From: Pyrinomonadaceae bacterium
GTDB lineage: Bacteria; Acidobacteriota; Blastocatellia; Pyrinomonadales; Pyrinomonadaceae
Assembly: GCA_035649995.1 (NCBI GenBank)
Contig: DASRIM010000061.1
Location: forward strand, 1-62,771
Length of the DNA stretch: 62,771 bases
Direction of reading: 5' to 3'
A model generated the notes under the pieces. That model saw nothing but the letters and a program-made list of their open reading frames with translations. It was not told the DNA's origin and did not search any database. The translations under genes were made by a program, and so were the position numbers. This document shows, piece after piece, positions 35,676 through 44,272 of this stretch (position 1 is the stretch's first letter; each line of letters starts with the position of its first letter).

Positions 35676-35718
35676 GGTGTCCTAATTTGAGGATTTCAAT
35701 TAGGACACCCCTTTTTTT
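35676..35718 (+). terminator. Rho-independent terminator
   Basis: There is a perfect 12-bp stem, GGTGTCCTAATT (35676-35687) with AATTAGGACACC (35698-35709). The loop is 10 nt and is followed by CC TTTTTTT (35712-35718). Confidence 0.85.
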
Positions 35719-35968
35719 AGATTCGCTTACGCCATCACGGCGGGCGGTGTCGCAGCCCGCTGATTTTCTCCAGACGAACTGCGCGCTGACCACGTCGCAG
35801 GCAGAAAATCATTTGGAATTGAGGTGTTAAAGGTGGTATAAGCAAGGCACCGCTTTAGCCCCTACTTGTTGTGCGCAGAGTTGTGCGCTGCGTAAACTCC
35901 CCCATTGTCTCCCATTTCGTGCGGCGCGGTTAATAACGCGATAGTGTCCATTGAAACAGGGGGTTGCG

Positions 35969-37297
35969 ATGTTCAAGTCGCTCACATCTGCCGCCATTGT
36001 CGTTCTGTCCGGCGTTCTCGCGCCGGCGCAAACCACTGTAGCTACAAAACAATCACTTGCCTTAACAAGTCACGTTGACGAAACGCGCTCGGCCAGCCGG
36101 CCAGTTTCGCCTGAAGCCAAGGCCGAGGCGAGGAGACTGTACAAAGAGGGAGTGAAGTATGGTCTCGCCGGTCTTTATTCGCAGGCGGCGGAAACTTTTG
36201 AGCAGGCAGTAAAGCTCGATCCGCAGTTTGCCGATGCTCACTTTGCACTGGGTCACGCGTATTTCGACATGCGTTCGTGGGCAAAAGCCGCAAAGAGCCT
36301 GGAACGCGCGGTCGAACTGAATCCGAAAGATATGGAAGCGAAGGATCGGCTGGCGTTCGCGCGGACGATGCTGCAACCGAACGGCGGCGGCACCAAGCCG
36401 GTCGCTGCCAGAGAGCAGGAGCGAGAATCACCGGTTTCTTCGCCCGTTTCTTCTCCGGCTTCTTCGCAGGTACCGCCGGCTTCGGAGCCTTCTATAACCG
36501 CCAAAACACCGGCGCGCTCAGTGGAAACGATCGAGACCACTGAGAACAAGACCGATCCCGGCGAACTGGCGTTGACGCGGATCTATCGCATTGGACCAAA
36601 CGACGTGTTGGACGTTCGCGTTGCCGACTCTGCGGCGGCGCAATCGACGTTGTTTACCGTCACTTCAACCGGGTTGTTGGAGCATCCACTGCTTGCGGAG
36701 CCGTTACAGGTGAGCGGGTTGACGGTGGAGGAAGTGACTGCGCGAATCGAAAATGATCTAAAACGCCGCGCGCTGGACACTGCGAAGGTGACCGTCGGCG
36801 TTCGCGATTACGCGAGCCACACGATTCTCGTCAGCGGGCTCGTGAAAGATTCGGGCACGAAGATTCTCCGGCGGGAAGCGATTCCGCTTTACGTCGTCGT
36901 TGCGGACGCGCAACCGTTGCCTGAAGCTGCGCGAGTGAGTGTCGTAAGAAACGAATCGAATCAGACGTTTGAAGTCGACCTCACCGAGGCCGGTGCGATG
37001 AATATGCTGGTGAGGCCGGGCGACGTCGTCACGCTTCACGCGAACGCGGCGCAGTTTCTGTATATCGGCGGCGAAGTCAAGTTTCCCGGTGAGAAGACGT
37101 ATCGTCGTGGTCTAACTCTGACACAGGCACTGCTCGCGGCGGGTGGCTTGACGGACAAAGCAAAGGAAGCTCGACTCGCACGCGATGACGGTCGCGGGTT
37201 TCTGGTTGTGACGAAGTTTAAGTTGAAGGACATAGAATCAGGGAAAGTGCCGGATCCGGTGGTAAAACCCGGCGATAGGATCACGGTGGTGGACTAA
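35969..37297 (+). CDS. Polysaccharide export protein (Poly_export + SLBB) with an N-terminal TPR region
   Basis: The ATG at 35969 has a GGGGG SD, and a signal peptide is present. TPR-like AETFEQAVKLDPQFADAHFALGHAY is followed by a Ser/Pro linker and then IYRIGPNDVLDVRV...LQVSGLTVEEVTARIENDL. Confidence 0.8.
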   Translation: MFKSLTSAAIVVLSGVLAPAQTTVATKQSLALTSHVDETRSASRPVSPEAKAEARRLYKEGVKYGLAGLYSQAAETFEQAVKLDPQFADAHFALGHAYFDMRSWAKAAKSLERAVELNPKDMEAKDRLAFARTMLQPNGGGTKPVAAREQERESPVSSPVSSPASSQVPPASEPSITAKTPARSVETIETTENKTDPGELALTRIYRIGPNDVLDVRVADSAAAQSTLFTVTSTGLLEHPLLAEPLQVSGLTVEEVTARIENDLKRRALDTAKVTVGVRDYASHTILVSGLVKDSGTKILRREAIPLYVVVADAQPLPEAARVSVVRNESNQTFEVDLTEAGAMNMLVRPGDVVTLHANAAQFLYIGGEVKFPGEKTYRRGLTLTQALLAAGGLTDKAKEARLARDDGRGFLVVTKFKLKDIESGKVPDPVVKPGDRITVVD

Positions 37298-37301
37298 GAT
37301 C

Positions 37302-38528
37302 ATGGCTGTTCCGAGAAGATTTGTAGTTGCACCGAGCGCGGCGACGCGCGAGCTTTGGCGCGTCGTCGAGAGTGGCGAACTTGACGAGCTCGCGGACGTG
37401 CTGCAGCAGGCGGACGTCAACGCGCGCAACGAACACGGAATGACGGCGTTGATGCGCGCCGCATATCACGGCCGCATTCAGATGGTCCGCGTGCTGCTCG
37501 AGCATGGAGCTGATCCGAACCTCACGCGCAACGACAATTTTACAGCGCTGTCGCTGGCGGCGTTCTTCGGTCATTCCGAGATCGTGGAGATGTTGATGGG
37601 CCGCGGCGCGAGGACGGACGTTGCCACGCGCTACGGCACATCGGCTCACATGTGGGCGAAGGCACGGAGCTTTGGCGACGTCGCGCAGTGTCTCCAAAAG
37701 CGGCGGCAGGAACAAGTCGTTGTGCCGCCGGCAGGACCAACACCAACGTCGCAAGCAGCGTCACAACTAACGTCACAACTAACCTCACAATTAACGTCTC
37801 GGCCAACGTCAAAACCAGCGCCGCTGCCCGAACTTGAACCTGAGCCTAAACCTGGACCTGGACCTGAGCCTGAACTGACTCAGCCGGAGTTAAAGGCGTC
37901 ACAACCCGCGATTCGGATGCTCACGGAACCGCCGGAAATTTGGGACCTCGTTCACGAAGCACCGAGAGATTTCAGCGCCGGTTCGGCATTCGTCGCGCGG
38001 GTTGGGTCGATCACGGCTGGTGTCGCGCTTGGTATCGCAGCATTCGTCGTCCTCGCCGGTAGTATCGCGGGACTTTGGTACTGGAAAGATAAGCTGCCGC
38101 AAGGCGTCACGGAACCGAAAACCGGCGCGGCACAGAACCCTGTCACGACAGGGAATCCTGTCACGGCACCGAAATCTGTTACGACCGACAAACCTGTTAC
38201 GGCACTGCCGCCAGCTACGACCGATGCGGCGTCGATTCCGCCATCGCCAACGCTCAGTGCACCAACCGATCAGCCGATCGATTTCACTTCCACGAGCGTT
38301 CCTGAGCCCGTCGTGCGGCGAAATACCCCTCGACGATGGTCTAAACCACAATCGACGGAGGTTCCAGTCGAACCGACGACTCCAGCAGCGCCCCTCGCGA
38401 CTGCTCCCAAAACTGAATCCGCAAATCCAACTCCGACAGCGAACAAACAGACGGCCCCACCGAGCCAGCAGCTAATCTCAACACCTAAGCCACAACCACC
38501 GAAAGCGAAGGTGATCCAGTGGCCCTAA
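37302..38528 (+). CDS. Ankyrin-repeat protein with a TM helix and a Pro/Thr-rich C-terminal region
   Basis: ANK repeats are visible (GMTALMRAAYHGRIQMVRVLLEHGADPN, FTALSLAAFFGHSEIVEMLMGRGA). The TM helix is ITAGVALGIAAFVVLAGSIAGLWYW. The gene starts 4 nt after the exporter stop. Confidence 0.8.
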   Translation: MAVPRRFVVAPSAATRELWRVVESGELDELADVLQQADVNARNEHGMTALMRAAYHGRIQMVRVLLEHGADPNLTRNDNFTALSLAAFFGHSEIVEMLMGRGARTDVATRYGTSAHMWAKARSFGDVAQCLQKRRQEQVVVPPAGPTPTSQAASQLTSQLTSQLTSRPTSKPAPLPELEPEPKPGPGPEPELTQPELKASQPAIRMLTEPPEIWDLVHEAPRDFSAGSAFVARVGSITAGVALGIAAFVVLAGSIAGLWYWKDKLPQGVTEPKTGAAQNPVTTGNPVTAPKSVTTDKPVTALPPATTDAASIPPSPTLSAPTDQPIDFTSTSVPEPVVRRNTPRRWSKPQSTEVPVEPTTPAAPLATAPKTESANPTPTANKQTAPPSQQLISTPKPQPPKAKVIQWP

Positions 38529-38646
38529 ACGGGTCAATTTCGTAACCTGAATACGAGGCTGCACGCTGCAAAACTTCTTGCAACGGTTCGACTTATTCGA
38601 TTTGTTTCCGGGCGTGTTGAGTTTCTATCACGATGCGCAATGGGTG

Positions 38647-38675
38647 TTGACCAAGTATTGCGAAACTCTTATTCT
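38647..38675 (+). promoter_or_regulatory. Candidate sigma70-type promoter (TTGACC-N17-TATTCT)
   Basis: The -35 is at 38647-38652 and the -10 at 38670-38675. It lies ~140 nt upstream of the PEP-CTERM gene. This is a pattern match only. Confidence 0.3.
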
Positions 38676-38812
38676 TTGGCCCTCTCCTAAAACGAGAAAA
38701 AGGTTTGATATTTCAGCAGGAATTTTTGCCCCTGTTGTGTCGCTCCGCAAATGCCACGTGCGGGTTGCCTTCGCGGGCTTGTTTTTTCAAGGATCTGTAC
38801 AAGGAGGAATGT

Positions 38813-39493
38813 ATGTCCCGATTCCGTAAACTCTTTCTGACGCTAAGCGTCCTCGGTGTGATGGCCTGCATCAACGCCACCGCGAAGGCAGACACGATCA
38901 CCGTTACGGGCGTTGATAGCGGCAACTTCTCGACTGCGACGGTAGTTTGCGAGTTCAATGCGCAGACGAATACCTTCACATTCACCATCACCAACACCTC
39001 AGCTATTACTCAACCCGGTTCGACCTCAACCATCACCGGTATCGGCTTTGACTTGCCGCCACTCGGCAACGCCAGCGCCTCTGGTCTGAATGGTTTTACC
39101 GGTATGCAAGCGCCGAGCTTGAGCTCGAATTTCACGTTCTCTGATGCGGACCTGGGCAATGTGTCCCATGGTTTCAACTCGGTCGTGCTCGACTTTGGAT
39201 TCATCACTGGCAACTCCGGCAATTTTTCCGGCGGTTCGGTGAATGACGGACTGCTACCGGGAGAAAGCGCATCGTTCACAGTTTCGGGTGCGGCTTTCGC
39301 CGGATTCACCGAAGCTCAGATCTGCAACGCGATCTTCGTCAGGTTCCAAAACGTGCCGGAAGCTGGCGGTAGCGGAGGCAGCGACGTCGGCGTGTCGACG
39401 GCAGTTCCGGAGCCGTCAAGCATGCTGCTCCTGGGTACCGCATTGGTCGGTTTAGGCGGAGTGGTTAGACGCCGATTGAAATCACGGTCCTAA
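38813..39493 (+). CDS. PEP-CTERM sorting-domain protein
   Basis: The ATG at 38813 has an AAGGAGG SD. It has a signal peptide and a C-terminal VPEPSSMLLLGTALVGLGGVVRRRLKSRS segment (PEP motif + TM + basic tail). Confidence 0.87.
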   Translation: MSRFRKLFLTLSVLGVMACINATAKADTITVTGVDSGNFSTATVVCEFNAQTNTFTFTITNTSAITQPGSTSTITGIGFDLPPLGNASASGLNGFTGMQAPSLSSNFTFSDADLGNVSHGFNSVVLDFGFITGNSGNFSGGSVNDGLLPGESASFTVSGAAFAGFTEAQICNAIFVRFQNVPEAGGSGGSDVGVSTAVPEPSSMLLLGTALVGLGGVVRRRLKSRS

Positions 39494-39519
39494 GCCTTTC
39501 CAACTTCACACGCACAAAT

Positions 39520-39556
39520 AAGGGCGTCGTCCGTTTGCCCCGGCCGGCGCCCTTTT
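39520..39556. terminator. Possible bidirectional terminator hairpin between convergent genes
   Basis: The stem is AAGGGCG (39520-39526) with CGCCCTT (39548-39554), followed by TT. The loop is long (21 nt) and GC-rich and the T-run is short, so this is weak. Confidence 0.3.
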
Positions 39557-39581
39557 ACTGTGCGGCACTCTTCAGTTCGCA

Positions 39582-40139
39582 CTAGTTCTCCGCACGGTAG
39601 AAGTAATACTCAGCCGTGTACGGAATCTCGCGGATTTCATTCAGCGAACCAGGCTCCGCGGGAGCTAGACCGCCGGCGGTGTTCGTGCGTTGAATGTACT
39701 CGACGTTCGCGAAAATGCCCGCGCCGCTCGTCTCCACCTTCTTGAGCAACAACCACGCGATCGCGCTTGAATCCGGCGTGCAGCCAGTGCCGAGAACACG
39801 CGCGGCTTTCACCTTGCTGCCGCTCTTGCTTTCCCAGTGCGGACCGGCGTAGTGAGTGCCGACTTCACCGAAATAGTTCTCTTCGGCGAACAACGAAGCT
39901 CGCGGTGCATCGAGGACCCACGCCGTTCCGGTCCATCGGTAAATCTGCACGCCCTTCGCGTACACGTGAAAGATCAACTTGAATCCCTCGCCGACGGCGA
40001 TACTGCCGCACTCTGCCGGCAGCTCCGGACCATTGGGATTGCCCGAAGTTGTTGCCGCTGAGTTCGGCTGCACTGTGCCGCCGATAACGAAAGCGAGCAT
40101 GACAAGAAGACGTATAAAACCTTTGACCTTGCTAGACAT
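39582..40139 (-). CDS. DUF3455-like exported protein
   Basis: 185 aa with a signal peptide. The pattern FHVYAKGVQIYRW...GTHYAGPHWESKSGSKV matches my recollection of DUF3455. Confidence 0.7.
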   Translation of the reverse strand: MSSKVKGFIRLLVMLAFVIGGTVQPNSAATTSGNPNGPELPAECGSIAVGEGFKLIFHVYAKGVQIYRWTGTAWVLDAPRASLFAEENYFGEVGTHYAGPHWESKSGSKVKAARVLGTGCTPDSSAIAWLLLKKVETSGAGIFANVEYIQRTNTAGGLAPAEPGSLNEIREIPYTAEYYFYRAEN

Positions 40140-40175
40140 GATGACTTGTTTTCTCCTTCAAATATTCAAAGAAAC

Positions 40176-40916
40176 TTAATTCGTCTTGCCGATGCGCACT
40201 GGCACGATCATCGGCACGTTCTCTCGATAACGGCGGTAATCGTCGCCGAAAGTATCGAGCAGATCCTTTTCCTCAAACTGGATGGCCATGAAGATGTAGA
40301 CCGTCGTCGCGATCGCAAAAACGAGATGCGCGATGGTCATCGTTGGCGTGGCCCAGAACGCCAGCAGCCAACCGAGATAAAGCGGATGGCGCACGTGCCG
40401 ATACAACAGCGGTGTTCCGAATCGCAGTTGCGTGTACTCCTTGCCGCGCAGGTACAGATAGACCTGGCGCAATCCGAAAAGATCGAAATGGTTGATCAGA
40501 AACGTGCTCAGCAGAACGATCGCAAAGCCCAGCGCAAACAGCCCGTACAGGACCATGCGCAGCGTGGGCTGCTCGACGTTCCAGATGACTCCGCCAATCG
40601 GCTGCCACAACCAGAACAGCAGGATCAACGCCAGCGACGAAATCAGAACGTAAGTGCTGCGCTCGGCTTCCTTCGGAATGACGCGCGTCCACATGCGTTT
40701 GAACCAGGGCCGCGCCATCACGCTGTGTTGCACCGCGAAGATGGCGAGCAAGCCGGCATTGATCAGAAGCGCGACACCGAGTGGGGCGGTGCGGCCGGAG
40801 TCGATCGACTTCGGCACGCCGACGTTGCCGAGGAAGCCGATGGCGTAGAGAAACGTCGCGAAGAAGATGAGGTACGACACAACGCCATAGAGAAAAGTAG
40901 TAACCCTATTGAACAT
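40176..40916 (-). CDS. ICMT/PEMT-family membrane methyltransferase
   Basis: It is a multi-TM protein. The C-terminal LLYRHVRHPLYLGWLLAFWATP...EEKDLLDTFGDDYRRYRENVPMIVP is the family signature. An AAGGGAG SD is present. Confidence 0.8.
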   Translation of the reverse strand: MFNRVTTFLYGVVSYLIFFATFLYAIGFLGNVGVPKSIDSGRTAPLGVALLINAGLLAIFAVQHSVMARPWFKRMWTRVIPKEAERSTYVLISSLALILLFWLWQPIGGVIWNVEQPTLRMVLYGLFALGFAIVLLSTFLINHFDLFGLRQVYLYLRGKEYTQLRFGTPLLYRHVRHPLYLGWLLAFWATPTMTIAHLVFAIATTVYIFMAIQFEEKDLLDTFGDDYRRYRENVPMIVPVRIGKTN

Positions 40917-41188
40917 GCAAATCTCCCTTCAGGGGTAATGGAGCAATCATTTTCGTAATCCGCATTCCCGGTGCGCGCGAGGCAGGTGTGACGGCTATTG
41001 GAAATGAATGGTTCATATGATCTCCCGCTTGTTTATGAATCTCTGCCTCGCTTTGTTTTCAAACACCGACTGAGGAAGTTGCTGAAGCGTTGGTGATATT
41101 ACTGGCAAGAAAAGATTTTTATTCGCGGCCCTTTGGGCGGGTTTTTTGCGCGTTTACCAGTTGAGCCTGTATCCAAAAGGGGTACGTC

Positions 41189-44100
41189 ATGCTGTTCCCG
41201 TTCCGTGCAGCGCTGTCCCTGGTAATTCTGAATCTTGGTCTAATCACTTCAGCGTTTGCGCAATCTCAAGCATTAACTTCCACGCCGGCTTCTGTAGCTG
41301 ACGAAGCGCTCGTCCGCGCGTTGACCGAGCAGTATCGTCAGGCCATGGCCGCTGGCGATGTGCAAGCGATGCGCAAGTTTTGGCGGCCAGAGTCGCCGAA
41401 CATGGCGCCTCATCTCAAGTACTACAAGAATGTGTTCTCCCACACGCGCATCGATTTCCTAAGACCGGAAGTGACGCAGGCGGAAGTCACGGGCGACAAG
41501 GCAGTCTCGCAGTTAACGTCCGACGAGCGCCGGCTCGACAAAAAGACGGGCGCGATCATGCTGACCTACGATCCGTTTCGCGGCGCCTGTCATACGTTCG
41601 AATGGACCAGGACAAACCTCGGCTGGCAGCTCGAGCGCGAGTTTCTCTTCCAGGATGAGCTTGCGACACGGCTCGAGGCCGCGAAGTCAGATCGCGAGCG
41701 CGACGAGATCCTCGAAAAAGAGAAACGCTTCGTTAACATCACGCTCGTCGCTGCCCTCGGCACCAAAGCCCTTCGTCACTCAACGCGCACCGACTACGAA
41801 ACGGCGACGCGCTACGTGCAGCTACAACAGTTGATCTCGGAAAGGATCGGCGATCCGGTTGGGCTCGCAGGCGCTTATCTGAATGCGGGCATCGTGAAGC
41901 ACGCTCAGGAAGAGCACGAAGAGGGCCTGCCGTTGACGCTGAAAGCGCTCGCGTTCTACGAAAGCGCGGGAGTGAAACGCGGCATGTCGCTCGCGCTGGA
42001 AAACAGCAGTAACTTTTACCGCGCGATGGGAGATTTCCGCCGCGCGTTCGATGCCGCGCAAAAGTCGCTGCGCCTCGCCGAAGAAGAGCAGCACCGCAGA
42101 AACATGATGATGGCGCTGGCCGAGCTCGGCATCATCTACGGGCACCAGAACAATGCCGAACAGGCGCTGGCCCATTACGAGCGAGCGTTTGCCATCGCTC
42201 AAGACATGGGCGACGCGCTCACGATCGCTACGCTGCGACACGATATTGCGCTTCAGTACAAGCGGTTCGGCCAGTACGAGCGCGCGTTCGGAACGTATGC
42301 CCAGGTTCTGAAAGAACTCGAAGGGTACCGCGACCAGGGTGGAACGGCGATGGTCCGAGACCAGATCGGCAGGGTGCTTACCGATCAGAAGAAGTATGAA
42401 GAAGCATTGAGTTATCACCGCCAGGCTCTCGCCGGTCTCGAAGCCGCTAACAAAAGGGGCGCGACAGTCGTCACGCTGAACAACATGGCGGTCGTTTATC
42501 TGCTACAGGAGAAGTATGAGGATGCCTTGGCGGTGTCGGAGCGAGCTGTCGCGGTGTCGCGAGAAAAGGGAAGAAAAGGCGAGCTCGCTTTTGCACTGAC
42601 GAACCTCGGATACTCGCAGCTCGGGACGAATCGTTTGGCTGAAGCGCGGCAGACGTTTACCGAAGCCGTTTCGCTGGTCGAAAGCATGCGTGCGCAAACG
42701 GCGGGCGGCGTTCAGGAGCAACAGCGTTACTTCGAAGCGGGCCTGCCGGCGCATCACGGGTTGCTCAGCGTGATGGTGAAGCAGAACGACGCGCCGGAAG
42801 CACTCGCGTTCGCCGAGCGCGCGAAAGCCCGCGCGCTGCTCGATATTTTGCAGCAAGGCCGAGTGCGCGTTCTGAAAGCGATGACCGCACAGGAGCAGGA
42901 CGAAGAGCGCCGTTTGAAGTCGGAGCTCACTCAGCTCAACCGGCAACTGTCCCAGCTCACCCAAACAGACAAGGCGGACGCCGATCGTGTCGCTCCGATC
43001 GAGACTCGACTGGAAAAAGCGCGGCTCGATTATGAGGCGTTTCAAAACAAGCTCTACGCCACGCATCCTGAATTAAGAATACAACGCGGTGAGGCGCCGA
43101 TCGTCAATGCGAACGAGCTCGCGGAGTTGCTGCCGGACACGCAGACGGTCCTGCTCGAATACGTCGTCACGGAACACAATACTTACCTGTTTGCTGTTAC
43201 GAAGGAACGCGACAAAGCCGAGGCTGCTGTTCAGGTCTACACGCTGCCGATCAAACGCGAAGAGCTTGCGAAGCAGATCGAATTCTTTCGCAAACAACTC
43301 GCGACGCGCGATCTCGGATTTCGACCCGCCGCCGTTAAGCTCTACGATTTGCTGCTCAAACCCGCGCAGACGCAACTGCGCGGCAAAACGAGTCTGATCA
43401 TCGCGCCGGACAGCAACTTGTGGGACTTACCGTTCCAGGCGCTGGCAAACAATTCCGGCCGTTACTTGATCGAAGATGCTTCGATTTCCTATGCCCCGTC
43501 GCTGACCGTATTGCGCGAGATGACGAAGCGACGAAAAAGCCAGCCGGCGAATCTCGCGCCGGCGACGTTGTTAGCGTTTGGCAATCCCGTGTTTGGCCGT
43601 GAAAGCGGTAATCATGCGGGCCCGACGTTGCGCGGTCGCAACCTCGATCCGCTGCCGGAAGCCGAGCAGGAAGTTAGAGCACTCGGTAAGTTGTACGGCG
43701 CGGCGCGCAGCAAGATCTACATCGGGGCCGATGCGCGTGAAGACCGGCTGAAGAGTGAAGCCGGGCACGCCCGCATTCTTCACTTCACGACGCATGGCAC
43801 GTTGAACAACGCGTCGCCCATGTATTCACACCTGACGCTCGCCGAAGGCGGCGCGAACGACGATGGTCTTCTGGAAGCCTGGGAACTGATGCAACTCGAT
43901 CTGAAAGCAGACCTTGCTGTGCTCTCAGCTTGCGAGACGGCGCGCGGGCGCATCGGCGCAGGCGAAGGAATGATTGGATTTTCGTGGGCCATGTTCATTG
44001 CCGGCGTGCCGTCGATCGTCGTGAGTCAATGGAAAGTCGAATCGGCCGGCACTCGCGATCTGATGGTCAACTTCCACCGCTCGCTGATCGGCGCCGCCAA

Positions 44101-44218
44101 AACACAACCCACCAAAACGGACGCGTTGCGTCAAGCCGCATTGACGTTGATGAAGAACCCCGAAACGCGTCATCCATTCTACTGGGCCGGATTCGTGTTG
44201 GTCGGCGACGGCAATTAA
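41189..44218 (+). CDS. Exported NTF2-like + TPR + CHAT (caspase-like) domain protein
   Basis: 1009 aa. The signal peptide is MLFPFRAALSLVILNLGLITSAFAQ. It has a long TPR array, and the CHAT His/Cys contexts are ILHFTTHG and LAVLSACETARG. Confidence 0.9.
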   Translation: MLFPFRAALSLVILNLGLITSAFAQSQALTSTPASVADEALVRALTEQYRQAMAAGDVQAMRKFWRPESPNMAPHLKYYKNVFSHTRIDFLRPEVTQAEVTGDKAVSQLTSDERRLDKKTGAIMLTYDPFRGACHTFEWTRTNLGWQLEREFLFQDELATRLEAAKSDRERDEILEKEKRFVNITLVAALGTKALRHSTRTDYETATRYVQLQQLISERIGDPVGLAGAYLNAGIVKHAQEEHEEGLPLTLKALAFYESAGVKRGMSLALENSSNFYRAMGDFRRAFDAAQKSLRLAEEEQHRRNMMMALAELGIIYGHQNNAEQALAHYERAFAIAQDMGDALTIATLRHDIALQYKRFGQYERAFGTYAQVLKELEGYRDQGGTAMVRDQIGRVLTDQKKYEEALSYHRQALAGLEAANKRGATVVTLNNMAVVYLLQEKYEDALAVSERAVAVSREKGRKGELAFALTNLGYSQLGTNRLAEARQTFTEAVSLVESMRAQTAGGVQEQQRYFEAGLPAHHGLLSVMVKQNDAPEALAFAERAKARALLDILQQGRVRVLKAMTAQEQDEERRLKSELTQLNRQLSQLTQTDKADADRVAPIETRLEKARLDYEAFQNKLYATHPELRIQRGEAPIVNANELAELLPDTQTVLLEYVVTEHNTYLFAVTKERDKAEAAVQVYTLPIKREELAKQIEFFRKQLATRDLGFRPAAVKLYDLLLKPAQTQLRGKTSLIIAPDSNLWDLPFQALANNSGRYLIEDASISYAPSLTVLREMTKRRKSQPANLAPATLLAFGNPVFGRESGNHAGPTLRGRNLDPLPEAEQEVRALGKLYGAARSKIYIGADAREDRLKSEAGHARILHFTTHGTLNNASPMYSHLTLAEGGANDDGLLEAWELMQLDLKADLAVLSACETARGRIGAGEGMIGFSWAMFIAGVPSIVVSQWKVESAGTRDLMVNFHRSLIGAAKTQPTKTDALRQAALTLMKNPETRHPFYWAGFVLVGDGN

Positions 44219-44249
44219 CAAAAAAGGGAAGGGACCGTTGCCCCTTCCC
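44219..44249 (-). terminator. Intrinsic terminator shared by convergent genes (U-tract on the minus strand)
   Basis: There is a perfect 8-bp stem, GGGAAGGG (44226-44233) with CCCTTCCC (44242-44249), and an 8-nt loop. CAAAAAA (44219-44225) gives TTTTTTG after the hairpin on the minus strand. Confidence 0.75.
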
Positions 44250-44272
44250 AACTTGTTCTTGCGCCACTTCCG

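Noticed and set aside
41124-41150. Hairpin plus T6 (GGCCCTTTGGGCGGGTTTTTT) in the CHAT-1 leader, a possible terminator or attenuator
   Set aside because: Only a 4-bp uninterrupted stem is present, and there is no upstream co-directional gene to terminate.
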